DNA of 64,000 bases, from positions 40,339,590 through 40,403,589 of the forward strand of contig NC_090373.1 in NCBI RefSeq assembly GCF_036365525.1, in the 5' to 3' direction. The number at the start of each line of letters is the position of its first letter. The stretch's first letter is position 1. The position numbers and the translations under genes are program-made. The stretch is from Heterodontus francisci. Taxonomy: Eukaryota. This document shows, one piece after another, positions 1 through 12,110 of the stretch. Under the pieces are notes generated by a model. The model made no database searches. It saw only the letters and a program-made list of their open reading frames with translations, and was not told where the DNA came from.

Positions 1-700
1 TTGAAAAGAGATGGCTACAGGGATAATGGATGCATTGGTTTTGACATTCCAGAGATCCCTAGACTCTGGAATGGCCCCCAGATTGGAAGGGAGCAAATGT
101 ATCCCCGGCTGTTCAAAAAAGGAGGGAGAGAGAGAAAACAGGGAACTATAGGCCAATTAGCCTGATATTAATCGTAGGGAAAATGCTAGAATCTATTATT
201 AGAGACTTGGTAACCGGGCACTTAGAAAATCATCATATGTTTGGGCAGAGTCAACATGGATTTATGAAAGGAAAGTCATGCTTGACATATCTGTTCAAGT
301 TTTTTCAGGTTGTAACTAGCAGGGTAGATAAAGGGGAACCAGTGATGCACTGTATTTGAATTTCCAAAAAAGGCATTTGATATGGTTGCACACTCGAAGT
401 TATTAAACAAAATTAGGGTTTATGAGCTTGGGGGAAATATATTAGTATGAAACGAAGATTGGTTAATGGACAGAAAATAGAAGTAGGAATAAATGGATCA
501 TTTTTAGGTTGGCATTTTGTAACTAGTGGGGTACCGCAAGGATCAATGCTTGGGCCTCAGCTACTAACAATCTGTATCAATGACTTAGATGAGGGATTGA
601 GTGTAATGTATTCAAGTTTGCTGATGATACGAAGTTAGAAGAGAAAGTAAGTTGTGAGGAGGGCACTAAGAGGCTGCAAAGGGTTATAAACAGATTGGGT
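1..700 (+). mobile_element. CR1 LINE fragment (ORF2 RT region, degenerate); continues at 2260-2930 after a MITE insertion
   Basis: Encodes the CR1 motifs GNYRPISL, HGFMKGKSCLT and [15 protein letters not shown] (ORF 447..638). The reading resumes at 2260 (MEYNVEK, ORF 2284..2526). Confidence 0.9.
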
Positions 701-2259
701 GTCCGGGATTTTACTGAGCTCCCGATGTTGGGCTCCATGGTGGGGGCGGGGGTGTCGGAAGATCGGTCCAGCAGTGGCCCGCCAGGGAGCCTGACGCCGG
801 GAGTGCCGGGCCTGATCTTCCCGGCTGCAATGAGGCTCCGTGGCAGCACCCCCCGGCCAACACCGCTGGGCGACAGGACCCGTATTAACATATTTAAATT
901 AATGAAATGAATACATTTAAATAAAATCAACAGCAATCTTACCTTCAGGCTGCGATCTTCCAAGCAACGGCCGGCACTAACACACCTTCACTTTCCCGTC
1001 CAGGGAAAGCAGGTGCCACGATGGTGGGGAAGGAGGTTACTTAGAATTATTAGTGCAGTTATTATTAGTGGGGAGAGGGGAAAAAGGCTGTAATGCAAAT
1101 TACTACTGTAGGGGGAGTGAGAAGGAGACACATCCACACTTTGATTGGTTTTGGGGGGGGTTGGGGAAGGTCAAGTGTTGAAGGTAAGTGTTTTCTGGGG
1201 GGGGAGGGAGGGCAAATGTTGAATTTAATTGTTACTGTGGGGGCAAAGGGGTGATAGATTTATCGGCATTATGATCAGTGACATTCAATGGCATTACGAC
1301 CACTGAATCCCCCACTATCAACATCCTGGGGATTACCATTGACCAGAAACTGAACTGGAGTAGCCATATCAATACCGTGGCTACAAGAAGAGGTCAGAGG
1401 CTAGGAATCCTGCGACGAGTAACTCACCTTCTGACTCCCCAAAACATATCCACCATCTACAAGGCACAAGTCAGGAGCGTGATGGAATATTCTCCACTTT
1501 CCTGGATGGGTGCAGCTCCAACAACACTCAAGAAGCTTGACACCATCCAGAACAAAGCAGCCCGCTTGATTGGCACACCAATCACAAACATTCACTCCCT
1601 CCACCACTGACGCACAGTGGCAGCAGTCTGTACCATCTACAAGATGCATGCAGCAATGCACCAAGGCTCCTTAGACAGCACTTTCCAAACCCACGACCTC
1701 TACCACCTGGAAGAACAAGGGCAGCAGCTGCATGGAACACCTCCACCTGCAAGTTCCCCTCTAAGCCACATGCCTTCCTGACTTGGAACTATATTGCCAT
1801 TTCTTCACTGTTGCTGGGTCAAATTCCTGGAGCTCCCTCCCTAAAAGCACTGTGGGTGTACTTACCACATATGGACTGCAGCGGTTCAAGAAGTCAGCTC
1901 ACCACCACCTTCTCTTGGACAATTAGGGATGGGAAATAAATGCTATCTGAGTCAATGAAGCCTACATCCCATGAATGAATAAAAAAACTTATATCGTGGG
2001 GGGGTGGGGGGGGGGGGGGGTAGCCCTTTAAAAATTTAAATGACCTGGCAGCGCTGACTGCCCTTTAAAAATGGCGCCACGCCTGCGTACAGGCAGCTGC
2101 CACCATTGCTGGCGTCGGACAGCCTGCTCCCTCGACATGATTGACGGGCAGCTCTACCGGCTCATTATCCTGAGCATGGCAGCGCAAGGCTCGCAAGTGT
2201 GGGCCTCCATTTTTTTCGCCCGTTGACGCTCCTGGCTTGCGGAGTCAAAAATCCAGCCC
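701..2259. mobile_element. Non-autonomous Harbinger-type MITE (family A) containing a LINE insertion
   Basis: Ends GTCCGGGATTTT...AAAATCCAGCCC. 3-bp TSD GGT at 698-700 and 2260-2262. Colinear with the copy at 59028-59828. Confidence 0.8.
1278..1987 (+). mobile_element. 5'-truncated CR1/L2-group LINE, family B
   Basis: ORF 1278..1610 (INILGITIDQKLNWSSHI, YKAQVRSVMEYS). Tail CATCCCATGAATGAATAAAAAAA as in the copy at 33062-34241. Confidence 0.9.
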
Positions 2260-2930
2260 GGTGAATAGGCAAGAGTAAGGGAGATGGAATATAATGTAGA
2301 GAAATTAAAAATTACCAACTTTGATAGGAAATGTAGAAAAGCAGATTATTTTTTAAATGGAAAGAGACTGGGAAATTTTGGTATTCAGTGGGACCTGGGT
2401 GTCCTTGTACATGAACCACAGAGAGTTAACATGAAGATTCAGCAAGGAATTAGGAAAGCAATTTATATGTTAGCCTTTATTTCAAAGGGATTGGAGTACA
2501 AGAGGAAAGAAGTCTTATTGCAATAATATAGGACCTTAATAAAACTACAGCTGGAGGACTGTGCACAGTTTTGGTCTCCTTACCCAAGAAAGAATATTAC
2601 TTGCCTTAGAGGAATTGCAATGAAGGTTCACTGAGATGAGAGGGGAGATTGAACAGTCTAGCTCTATATTCCCTCGAGTTTAGAAGAAAGAGACATAAAA
2701 AGCGTCTTAAATGGTTTGACAAAATAGCTGCTGGGGAGATGTTTCCCCTGGCTGGGGAGTCTAGAACTAGGGGCCACAGTCTTAGAATAAGGGGGCAGTC
2801 ATTTCAGACTGAGATAAGAAGAATTTTTTTCACTCGGGGGATTGTGAACCTTTGGAATTCTCCACCCCAGAGAGCTGTCGATGCTCAGTCATTGAGTATA
2901 TTCAAGATAGATTGAGAGATTTTTTGGTTA
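2260..2930 (+). mobile_element. CR1 LINE 3' part (continuation of 1-700)
   Basis: DLGVLVHE, SRTRGHSLRIRG and FFTRGIVNLWNS motifs in ORFs 2284..2526 and 2649..2915. Confidence 0.9.
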
Positions 2931-4225
2931 TGTTACAATCAGGTGAGGAGGGATCACAAGGTTCCCTTCTTGTTCTTCCTCTTATTTGACTGCAACAGGG
3001 TTTATTCCTTTTTTAAACAGTGGTTGTGCTTACCACCTCACTGAGTGTTTTACATTTTACCTTTGTTGTGATCATAAAAGAACCAATCAGACAGGTTTTC
3101 TTGCATTTAAACAAGAAAGGGATAAGTTTATTGTACTTAAAAGTTTAAACCCGATCTAAATAAAAATAATAACATTACACTACACTTTCACGCACACACA
3201 TACATGTTATGACCAGGTGAGAAAGGTGTCTCGGGCTCCCTCCCAGCCTTCACCTGGTCTTACTGTAACAGGGTTTAATTTTAAATACACCATGTTTTTA
3301 GCTTCCCCTTGGTGAATCCTTGTTCACTGCTTTCCAATTATAAGGCAAAGAAACCAGCACAAACAGGCTTTCTTCGGTTTAAAGAAGAAAAGTTGAAATT
3401 TATTCAACTTAAACACTAATTCAGTTAATGCATATGGATACACGCCGCACCCCATGCTAGAATGCATACACAATGCACACATGCAGATAGAGTCAGAAAA
3501 GAGCAGAAGAAATAAAGTGATAATGTTTGAGGCAATATCTGAAGGGTTTTTGTTACAGTTCTTCAAGCTCAGTGTAGAGCCCTTGATTGTAGATAGATCT
3601 TGCTTTTCGTTGGGGCCCAGTATTCTTCTTAAACCTTGTTCGCTGTAGGAGACTTTTCACTCTTGGGGTTCATGTGTCTTCAGTGGATTCAGAGATTTGT
3701 CAGAAAGAGATGGGAGCAGGCTGCAAGGAAAGGCTGTGGCGAGCCAGCCAGTAGAGATCATCTCACTCCAGGAGCATTCTGCTTTCTGCCCAAACTGTTT
3801 GTACAAATTCAAAAAACTCAAGGTGCCCAGCAGGTTAGTCATGTGACTAGCTTGTTTGACCATGTCCGTTTGTGTATTCGGCCATCTTGGCAGTCAACCT
3901 GGAATGCGAGCTTCCCCCATCTTCAACATCTGGTGATCAAAAGTCTATTGTGGGTTGAATGTGTCAGGGAATGGCTGCTTTGTCCTTCCAAACACTGTCT
4001 GTTAATATGCAAATGTCTTTTCCAGCCATGGCTGATCAGTTTAACAAGTCCTTTCTTCACTCCAGTAACAATTTAAAATCAATGTTCATGACAAAATTAA
4101 TGTGCCTCATTCTTGGCAAGTGGGGGCCTAGCATGACACACACAAGAATCACGCACACATAAATAGATTTTAGATTGATGAGGAATAGATTTGTGTTGGA
4201 TTAGAGTCCAGAACAAATAGGGACT
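2931..4225 (-). mobile_element. LTR-like element (outer, truncated), interrupted by a related solo LTR
   Basis: Starts TGTTACAATCAGGTGAG, paralogous to the inner start TGTTATGACCAGGTGAG. The two share internal blocks such as ACAGGGTTTA and CAGGTTTTCTT...TTTAAA. Right end not defined. Confidence 0.55.
3205..4138 (-). mobile_element. Solo LTR (~930 bp), probably from a Gypsy-type or ERV-like LTR retroelement
   Basis: TGTTATG...CATGACA inverted termini, near-TSD TACA/CACA. Reverse complement matches both ends of 27081-28683. Confidence 0.75.
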
Positions 4226-4329
4226 TGAGGAGGCCCTTTGGCCTTTCAAGCCTGCTCCACCATGGCTTAAGAGATACACCATGACTTGTGAATCTCCAGA
4301 ATGAGCTGGTTGATTTATGTTGCTCCTCC

Positions 4330-4927
4330 ATTTGCTTTACCACAAATTGTGTTGTGTCTTTAGTCTCCCTGCTATTTGTAGGAACTTTCTGGATTTGCAC
4401 ATTAATTTCCCATTAAATTCACTGCAGAAAGTTAGGGCTGGTGATTAAGTACTCTTTTAATGATGTAATAATTGTTAATGTAATGCTAATCAACATCTCT
4501 GGCCTAGAAAGGAAACAATTTAAACTCTGAAGCTCATTCCTGAATGTAGTAAATTCTTTTTAGAGATTTTTAAAACTTAAATTTTAATTCTTTTTCATAC
4601 TTTTCCTTTCTGTCTCTTTTCTCTCTCAATTCAGTCTTTCTTTCCCCTCTTTATTTCTCTTTCTGTACCAAATTTGACTCCAATTCACTTTCTTTCCCTG
4701 TCATTCTCATGTTGTTTTCTCAATCCTTAAATTTTATTGGTTAAGAAGGTACACTGTTGATCTTGCTGTTCATTAAGCTCCCAGATGTCCCATTGCCCAC
4801 GCCATACTGTTATCAGCTTGTACTTCCAGCAAGTTAGGCACAAAAAAAGCTTGAGCTGAAGGATGCAGGAAAAAGGCTAACTAATGGCGTATGTCATGAG
4901 ATTCCCCATTGCAGCATAATTTGGGCC
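4330..4927. mobile_element. AT-rich MITE (family C), left end degraded
   Basis: Ends GCATAATTTGGGCC. Internal blocks (AATCAACATCTCTGGC, TTTCCTTTCTGTCTCTTTTCTCTCTC) recur at 37506-38157 and 56377-56930. Confidence 0.55.
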
Positions 4928-5794
4928 ATTGTTTTCATATCTTGATGCATTCTCATTCATACCTATACAAGTTAGGCAGGAAAACACTCCAAAAAGTTAG
5001 CGAAAATGGTGTAGTCTGATAACAAAGAGGGCACAATGAAGTATACTGAATAATCTTTGCACAAATTCAGTAGTAAACACTATTTAGTGCCTTGTGGGAT
5101 TCTATCTGATAGATCTGGTGGATCAGCTTCCTTATCCCAACAAAAGATGTTTGACCCAAACAACTTGTCTGGTTAATACTCTGGCAATGAAATAAAGACA
5201 GAACTGACTAGTTACCCTCTGCTGAAAAGTTTGCCAGTGATTCTGTCTAACATGACAGAATAATAACTCACATTTAATAGCACCTAAAAACCTACATCAT
5301 TCATACCTTTGAGTTTGACGCACATCATAACCTTTCACATATTTCAATTATTGTGCCATTCCCACAGTAAAATAAGTAGCTCCTGGCTTTAGTCCATACA
5401 ACATGCTAAATGTGTCTCCAGTTTGCAACATTCCTTTTCCCTCTGAAGAAGATTGGATCCATATACCCATTATATCAAATACTTTCACAAAAAATATAGA
5501 GATCACTACTATTAAATGAAAATATGAATGGAAGGAAGAAAAATACACCTGGTTCAATAAGAACCTGCAGTTGCAATTTCTCTGCTCAATAGAAAACTAA
5601 AATACAGCTTGGCAGTCCTATGTTTGTTAAACTTTAGTGAAAAAGTAGATGTGAGAAAAGATTTATTGGGAGAAAGTACGAATAGATTATTTAGTGTTTA
5701 GCCCCACTCTGAGCATTCCTACTCTTCACAAAAAGAACTACAAAAGGAAAGCAAGGAAAAAAATGCTACTTTAATAAAATGCCTTATTAGAGTT

Positions 5795-5855
5795 ACAACA
5801 ACTTGCATTTGTATGGTGCCTTTAACATAAAAGAAGTTCCAGTGCATTTCAGAAT
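5795..5855 (-). mobile_element. L2 / L2-dependent SINE 3' tail remnant
   Basis: Reverse complement reads AAAGGCACCATACAAATGCAAGTTGTTGT, like the tail of the DeuSINE at 23113-23140. Confidence 0.45.
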
Positions 5856-6240
5856 GATGAAAAGTAATAGGAGATTGTACAATCATCAGGAAAGGCAATA
5901 GATGAAGACACGGAAGAATCATTTGGTAAGCACTTCTGGTCCTCCCCAGAACAATGATCTGTTCAAGCTGTGTTCTGAACCATATTATACATATGAGTAT
6001 TGTTTAGCACTGTTGCTTATTGCCGTTCAACAATTGATCAAGGTGTCTAATTATCTTGATACCAGTTTCTGTGATTACTAATTCCAACCTTTATTGGAAA
6101 AAACAATGAGTTTTTTTTCCCTTAAACATAGGGACAAACAAAATTAATAATAATCTTACACAAGTCCATGAAATAGAAGGAGAAACGGTGTTGAGTGAAA
6201 GCAATATTGAAGAGCCGAGGTGTAGAACTTTCATAAGAAC

Positions 6241-6562
6241 AGTGGTGCAGTGGTTAGCACCGCAGCCTCACAGCTCCAGCGACCCGGGTTCAATTCTGGG
6301 TACTGCCTGTGTGGAGTTTGCAAGTTCTCCCTGTGTCTGTGTGGATTTCCTCCGGGTGTTCCGGTTTCCTCCCACATGCCAAAGACTTGCTAGTTGATAG
6401 GTTAATTGGTCACTATAAATTGCCCCTAGTATAGGTAGGCGGTAGGGAAATAAAGGGACAGATGGGCATGTGGTAGGAATGTAGGATTAGTATAAATGGG
6501 TGGTTGATGGTCGGCACAGATTCGGTGAGATGAAGGGCCTGTTTCAGTGCTGTATCTCTAAA
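6241..6562 (+). mobile_element. HE1-type V-SINE (tRNA-derived)
   Basis: A box TGGTGCAGTGGTTAGCAC, B box GGTTCAATTC, V-domain GTGTGGAGTTTGCAAGTTCTCCC...TTTCCTCCCAC, CR1-like tail GAAGGGCCTGTTTCAGTGCTGTAT. Confidence 0.9.
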
Positions 6563-6575
6563 CAAACACTTATTG

Positions 6576-7182
6576 TTTTATTGAGGAGAAGGAGGGGAGA
6601 GGTGTAATAAGGTGAAGAGCCATGGATAAAAAATTCCACAAGGTGGCCAAAATGTCTGAAGCCAAAATTGGAGCGGCGACATGGGAATGCAAAGGAGGTC
6701 ATAATTATCAGCGTGGAGGGTCATATAGGAGCAGAGAGTTGAATGAAGTCATAGAAAGGGCAAGGCCATGGAGACATTTTCAGATTAAGATGAGGATTTT
6801 GAAATTGTTGCATAGGTAGATGGGGAGTTAGTGAAGTTTGGTAAACAATGGAATAATATCAGAACAGGACATAATGCCACAAGAAAGCAGAGTTTTGGCC
6901 AAGCTACAATTTGTTAAACATATAGCTTGGGAGCTTGGCAAGGGGCATGCTGGAGTAATCAAATTTGGAAATGAGGAAAACATAGGCAAGTATTTAAGCA
7001 GAAGTGGGTGGTGGAAGGGAGGGAGCAGATGGGGCATGGGTACAGAAATGCAAGCAGAAATCCTTGGTGGCAGAGAAGATGGAAATATTTTAAGCTCAGC
7101 TCAATGTCAAACAAGACACCAGGGTTGTATAGCATTGGGTTTAATCTAAGGGTAATGCCAAGGATAGGAAAGGATTTGTGAA
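6576..7182 (-). mobile_element. Old L2 LINE fragment
   Basis: Minus-strand ORF 6959..7186 contains LRLNPMLYNPGVLFDIELSL, resembling the L2 motif LRLNQTVRNLGVxFDxxLS. Confidence 0.65.
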
Positions 7183-7229
7183 CCAAGGTGTAGAACTTTG
7201 GTAAGAATCAAACACTCATTGACAGACTT

Positions 7230-8060
7230 CCCTCCTTCTTGCAGGAGAAGTTGATGAATAACAGGAGGCAGCAGGAAAGAACTAGAGGAGGACAAGTGTG
7301 CCTGCATGTGGTGAGTCACTGGACACATGTGCATAAGAGCAAGGGCGGGGTGAAAGGATAGCACAGGTGCCTGCTCACGGAGGGCGAGATCGTACTCTCG
7401 TTCTGCTGCAGAGGACTCAGATGAGGACTTCAATGGGCCAGGCTACAGTGAAGGCTGATCGGCATGCGCACTCAAATGCTTGGTACACTGGAAAGCCTGC
7501 CAAAATGTCTGTGCACAAGGTCAGTGGCACCAACTTGGCACAGCACTTTGGACAGAGTTGGAGTCCATCCTTTCAAACATGGAATGGGCGTTCATCTCGA
7601 TTGGCGCAGTTGTGGAACCCTGATGATTGATAGGCAGATTCTATTGCAGCACAAACAACTTCCATCACGTGTTCGAGTGACTGCTTCCAAGGCATCAGAG
7701 AAGTGATCAATTTGTTGTCCAACTGATCATCAGGATTGAGGGTGGCAGTGGATCCATGGAGCAAGAGAGCCGGTGTTCTCACAGGCTGACACGTTTTTGC
7801 TTCCACCTCTGCCGCTCCTCCAATGCCCTTGCTATTGCCTGTCAGCCAGCCAGCCCAAGCCAAGATAGTGTAGTCTGAAGCCAGGCCTCTAGGCCCAGAG
7901 CTACTTCAGATCATCCTCTGAGGTCAGCTGCAGCCCCCTCAATTGAAGGACAGCAGCTTTCCACCATTCAGGCTGCAAGAATTGGGGAAACACCTTGTAG
8001 GTGCACGAGGAGAGGTAAAGGGTAATGAAAGGCAGGCTCTAAGGCAATGCACAAATGTCA
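7230..8060 (+). pseudogene. Remnant of a Harbinger Myb/SANT-like gene (exon 2 and downstream exon)
   Basis: TTGCAG|GAGAAGTTGATGAATAACAGG reads EKLMNNRRQQERTRGGQ, homologous to exon 2 (DKWAHNKRKTSQTGGG) at 34375. Confidence 0.55.
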
Positions 8061-9620
8061 TTAGTTTCATTTTGAGTGCATTATTTAATGTGAATTTTTA
8101 GGATTGGTTTTTAATGTGCATTTACTGTTGGTTATGATTTTTGTGATTGGAATTATGTTAGGCAGAGGTGAGGACCTGACCCTATACTTTATTCACAATC
8201 AACCAAGGTTTGTTACCCTGACAAAATAACTATGGAACATCTATTCTTAAATTATAATCAACCAGCTTTTAAAATGCAAATCTGAGAAACCGAACAACTA
8301 TTTCTTAATTTGTCTTCCCTATCCTTTTCAGTCTTGCTGTCGTCCGGCACTATGGATTTTTGCTCACCATTTTGTTTTCTCTGTAGATAAAATATACCAC
8401 CTATAGCCTTTACCATAGGCCTTATCATTCAAATGTCCTCTGATAGATTCCACTTTCCCCAATACACAAACATTCTCTGTCGGAAGGAAAAATCCAAGCG
8501 AAGAAGTTTTTAATCATAAATTAACCCTGCACATGTGGCATCACCTGAGGCCAACATTTTACCTGTCCCCAATCAGCTGTCACATTTGGGTAGGCTGCTG
8601 GAGGTGGTTGAGAATTCAAAATTCACTTGATTGGTGGTCGCTCGTTGTGGCACATTATAAGCATGAGAGAACCTTGCAAACTCAAAAGTGTAAAAACATA
8701 CATGTCCATAAAATCTCAGAAGATTCTAATAAACACAATGTTAGTTGGTTGCACTTGAACTTATTTACCTATGCTGCATCTCTGTTATCATTTCTTTATT
8801 AAGAGAGCACAGATTTGCATTTGATTTTTCCTCTTCTGTTTTCTACAACCTCAACTTTATTTATTTTTTCTCTCAACCACCCCCCCCGCGCCCCCTCCAA
8901 AGATCAGTCAGGAAGATATCAGGTGAGGTGGCACTGCCAGGAAGCGAAAGGCAAGGTTGAAGCAGTCACGGTGGAGCTGTGTATCTTTCCACTCTGAATT
9001 CTGCCTAGTTTTAAAGACCTTTTTAATATAGAACCATGGCTCTGGGGCGGCAGCTTGTCAACAATTATTTCCCACAAATACAATCCACAATTGATTGACA
9101 TTTGTTTGCTCTCAGGGTCCACAAACTGACGTATGCAGGCAAAATAACCTCCAGCTGCCCTGGACATATTCTTGGTGCTGTGGTGATATATCATGTGCTG
9201 TGTGGTCTTTTACAATGTGTTCACAATGTAGCCAAGTTAAGCCGTCAGATATTCACTTGACATTTGAAGAGTCCTTTGCCTTCAGACACGCGAGAGCTAA
9301 ATTAGTAGCAGGCTTTTGTTTATTATATGAATTTTCACAATAGTAAGACAAGTTCAAACTAGCAAAATATAGATCAACACATACAATGCAGTTTAGGGTA
9401 AAGTAGTGGAGGTGAAATGTCAGGAGTACTTAAAAATAGTACATCATGGTGGGGCATGGTAGTGTCTTTCTGGATCGATAAGCTCAGATAGATTGAATAG
9501 ATTTGCATCAGCCCATGGTGTAAAATACTTTTAGATTTGACTGGGCAGTTATGATGTGCTCTGAAAAAACAATAGGGTTGATTTTCCTCTGCACACAGAA
9601 AACCAGCTCCTGAGGGCAAA

Positions 9621-9794
9621 GGAGAGACGTTTAAGAGACATCTTGACAAATATATGAATAGGAAGGGAATAGAGGGATATGGGCCCCGGAGGTGCAGAAG
9701 GTGTTAGTTTAGGCAGGCATCAAGATCGGCGCAGGCTTGGAGGGCCGAATGGCCTGTTCCTGTGCTGTACTGTTCTTTGTTCTTTGTTCTTTGT
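9621..9794 (+). mobile_element. Short young CR1 3' end
   Basis: Near-identical to 53670-53840 (GGCATCAAGATCGGCGCAGGCTTGGAGGGCCGAATGG...), with a (GTTCTTT)n tail. Confidence 0.9.
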
Positions 9795-11759
9795 AATGCT
9801 GCACCTTCATCCCCTTGGTGTTGCCCTGGTGTTTCTGGGGTTTATTACAGGGGATGCAGTATGGGAATGAGGTGCAAGGGACATGATGGCCACTGCTGCC
9901 TCGTTTTGCTGTGTAATTGTTAGGTGGGTGCGCATTAAGAAGAACATCTTGAAGGAATCAGCATTAGGCCTTTTGGGCAGACTGCTCAGATTGCAGCAAA
10001 GCCATGGAGGACCATAAGTTAACAAGAGCAGAGGAAATTTTGAACCCGTTAAACCTTGACCAGGAAATACCTCAGAGCTTCTCCCAAACCTTGGCTGTAG
10101 CTTCACCGGATGTGCAGTAGAATGGGAGAAGCTCTGAGGGATTTGGGATTTAAATGTTATTTTTTGAAACAATTTGAATTTGCACACATTTTAAAGATTC
10201 ACCGGCTGCAGCCACTGAGAGAGTTGTGAGGCTGTTATATGTTTGGTTCTGTATGCTTGCTACTGTATTGAGTCTAGCCAGAGAGTTTCTTGGACTGTAT
10301 TGTTTATTGTACAGTAACTATATACACTCCACATTAGCCTGTGTGTCTCCTTCAAAAGGCACACTGTATCTGTTCTCGAGTCTCTTCCACACGATCTCTT
10401 ACATCATCCTGGTGAACGGTAATCTTTACATTCTCTCAAAATTAACACTTTGATACCCTTATACTACATTAACGTGCCTGTTGTTGAAGAGATTTCCACA
10501 AAAACTAGGATAATAAGCCATTTGTTATTTTGTCTCAAATGGCCCATCAAACATCAACACCAATTACAGTGAGAATTATTCTTTTCACTGTGGCTGAACA
10601 TGAAGTGTCTGCTGAGAATATACTCTGAGCAGAGGTGTCATTGGTTTAGTTTACAGCTTTCAATGGCAAATCCCAGAATGGGGAAGGATTCAGTGGCACT
10701 ATCCTTCCAGTTCCAGTGAATACAGTGATAGGTAAGCAGAGAAGAGACACAGGAATATATTTCCCCTGAGCGGTTTTTGGGTGACTCGCTAGGTGGTCGG
10801 CAAAGTGTGGCCATCAGCTGCCTGATAGTTCCAATGTCCGATGGCCGTGTCTCATTAACAAAGCATTGATGGACTGTGAGGGTAAAACGAGCACCGTGGG
10901 AAAGCTCAACAGTTCTAGGCTGCTGCAATATCAGGAGACCCAGCTGGGCCAGATGAAGGCAGGTATGGGGTTAGTGTTAAGAACACCGACATTGGAGGTT
11001 GTTTCCGTATAGCCCAGTGTAGTGCTGCTGCTCCTCCCAACCCCAGCAAAACAAATCAAAACTCCTGGGCTCCATTTCAGCTGGAACGCCAGCTCAAACT
11101 ATGCAGAGCGAGCATCGTACACTCTCCTCACAGTTCTGTCCTAAAATGACAATCAGGGTCTTATGTATGTTATAGGAACCAGATTTGTATATTCAAAGCA
11201 CATACCGTCTGACTCAGGCAGGTTGCCTAGCAGTGGGCCAGAAAGAAGACAGGGATGGCAACACCATTGGAGAAAGTGGATCAGTAAGTCATTCCTTACC
11301 ATTCTTGGGATTCTACTTCCTCGTTAACAGGTGGGCGGCCTCAAAATCTTCCCTATAAAGTCAAAGAACAAGGTAGCTCTGGCTGAAAGGAACTTCATTC
11401 ATCTCAAAGCCAGAGGTTAGGACCAGAAAGCTGACCAGCAAATGTTAGGTGGAGGTAATAGGAATAGGATGAACATTTAATATTTTCTCATTCTGAAGGA
11501 AGTTGGATTAAGGTGGAAATTGATTACAACTATTTAGCTGTGTGTTCACCTGCTAACTGTAAAATAAAACAACTTAGCAATTGTTAATAGGCCTTGTTTC
11601 ACGAAAACATTTTCAGTCTGCCTGCTGAAAAACTGGGTACTCCGCCAGACAGGAACACTCGCACAGAATTTTAGGGACCATTACTCCACATTGCAGCATA
11701 TTTCTAGGAAACACATCTACAGATCATTTCAACAATTCTAGCACTTAAAAATCTCTCTT

Positions 11760-12110
11760 CTTTCAGTCCCTGAAAGGCACTGACTGTTGCTGTAATAAAA
11801 TTCCACAGGCACCAGCTTCTCTGCAGTATATTGCCAAAGTGGTCATTCTTCAAATGTGAGCCCAGGAAATGAGTGTCAGCAGGCTATTTGAATGTAAAGA
11901 GCATAGCAGCTTGACCTTACCGTGTCCTTCCTTACTTGCTGTCATTGCACACATACATTTTCCATCAGGGCTCACTGGTTCGCAATCAGAAGCAAGATTG
12001 CTGCCTGATATTTTTCACTTCCTACCTCAAGGATAATTGTTGTACCTTCACCATTACCCTGAATGAGAGAAGCTAACTCACTGCAGACTAGGCGTTAAGC
12101 AGGGATATCA
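11760..12110 (-). mobile_element. Degenerate SINE-like interspersed repeat
   Basis: Resembles an old elasmobranch SINE-like sequence recalled from memory. No intact Pol III boxes are visible. Confidence 0.3.

Noticed and set aside
5348-5557. Hydrophobic small ORFs (also 10226..10453) as membrane-protein exons
   Set aside because: They have non-ATG starts, AT-rich composition explains the hydrophobicity, and I recognise no motif.
6241-6310. tRNA genes (also at 16596, 23460-23531, 38340-38418)
   Set aside because: The A/B boxes are heads of SINEs and are followed by SINE bodies and LINE-derived tails.
10660-11353. Additional MITE-like segments (also ~17880-18090, 23700-24300, 29260-29943, 62690-63485)
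   Set aside because: TIR-like ends are hinted (e.g. AAAATCTTCCC, AATTTCTACCCC, AAAATTGTCCC), but I could not confirm paired TIRs, TSDs or a second copy.
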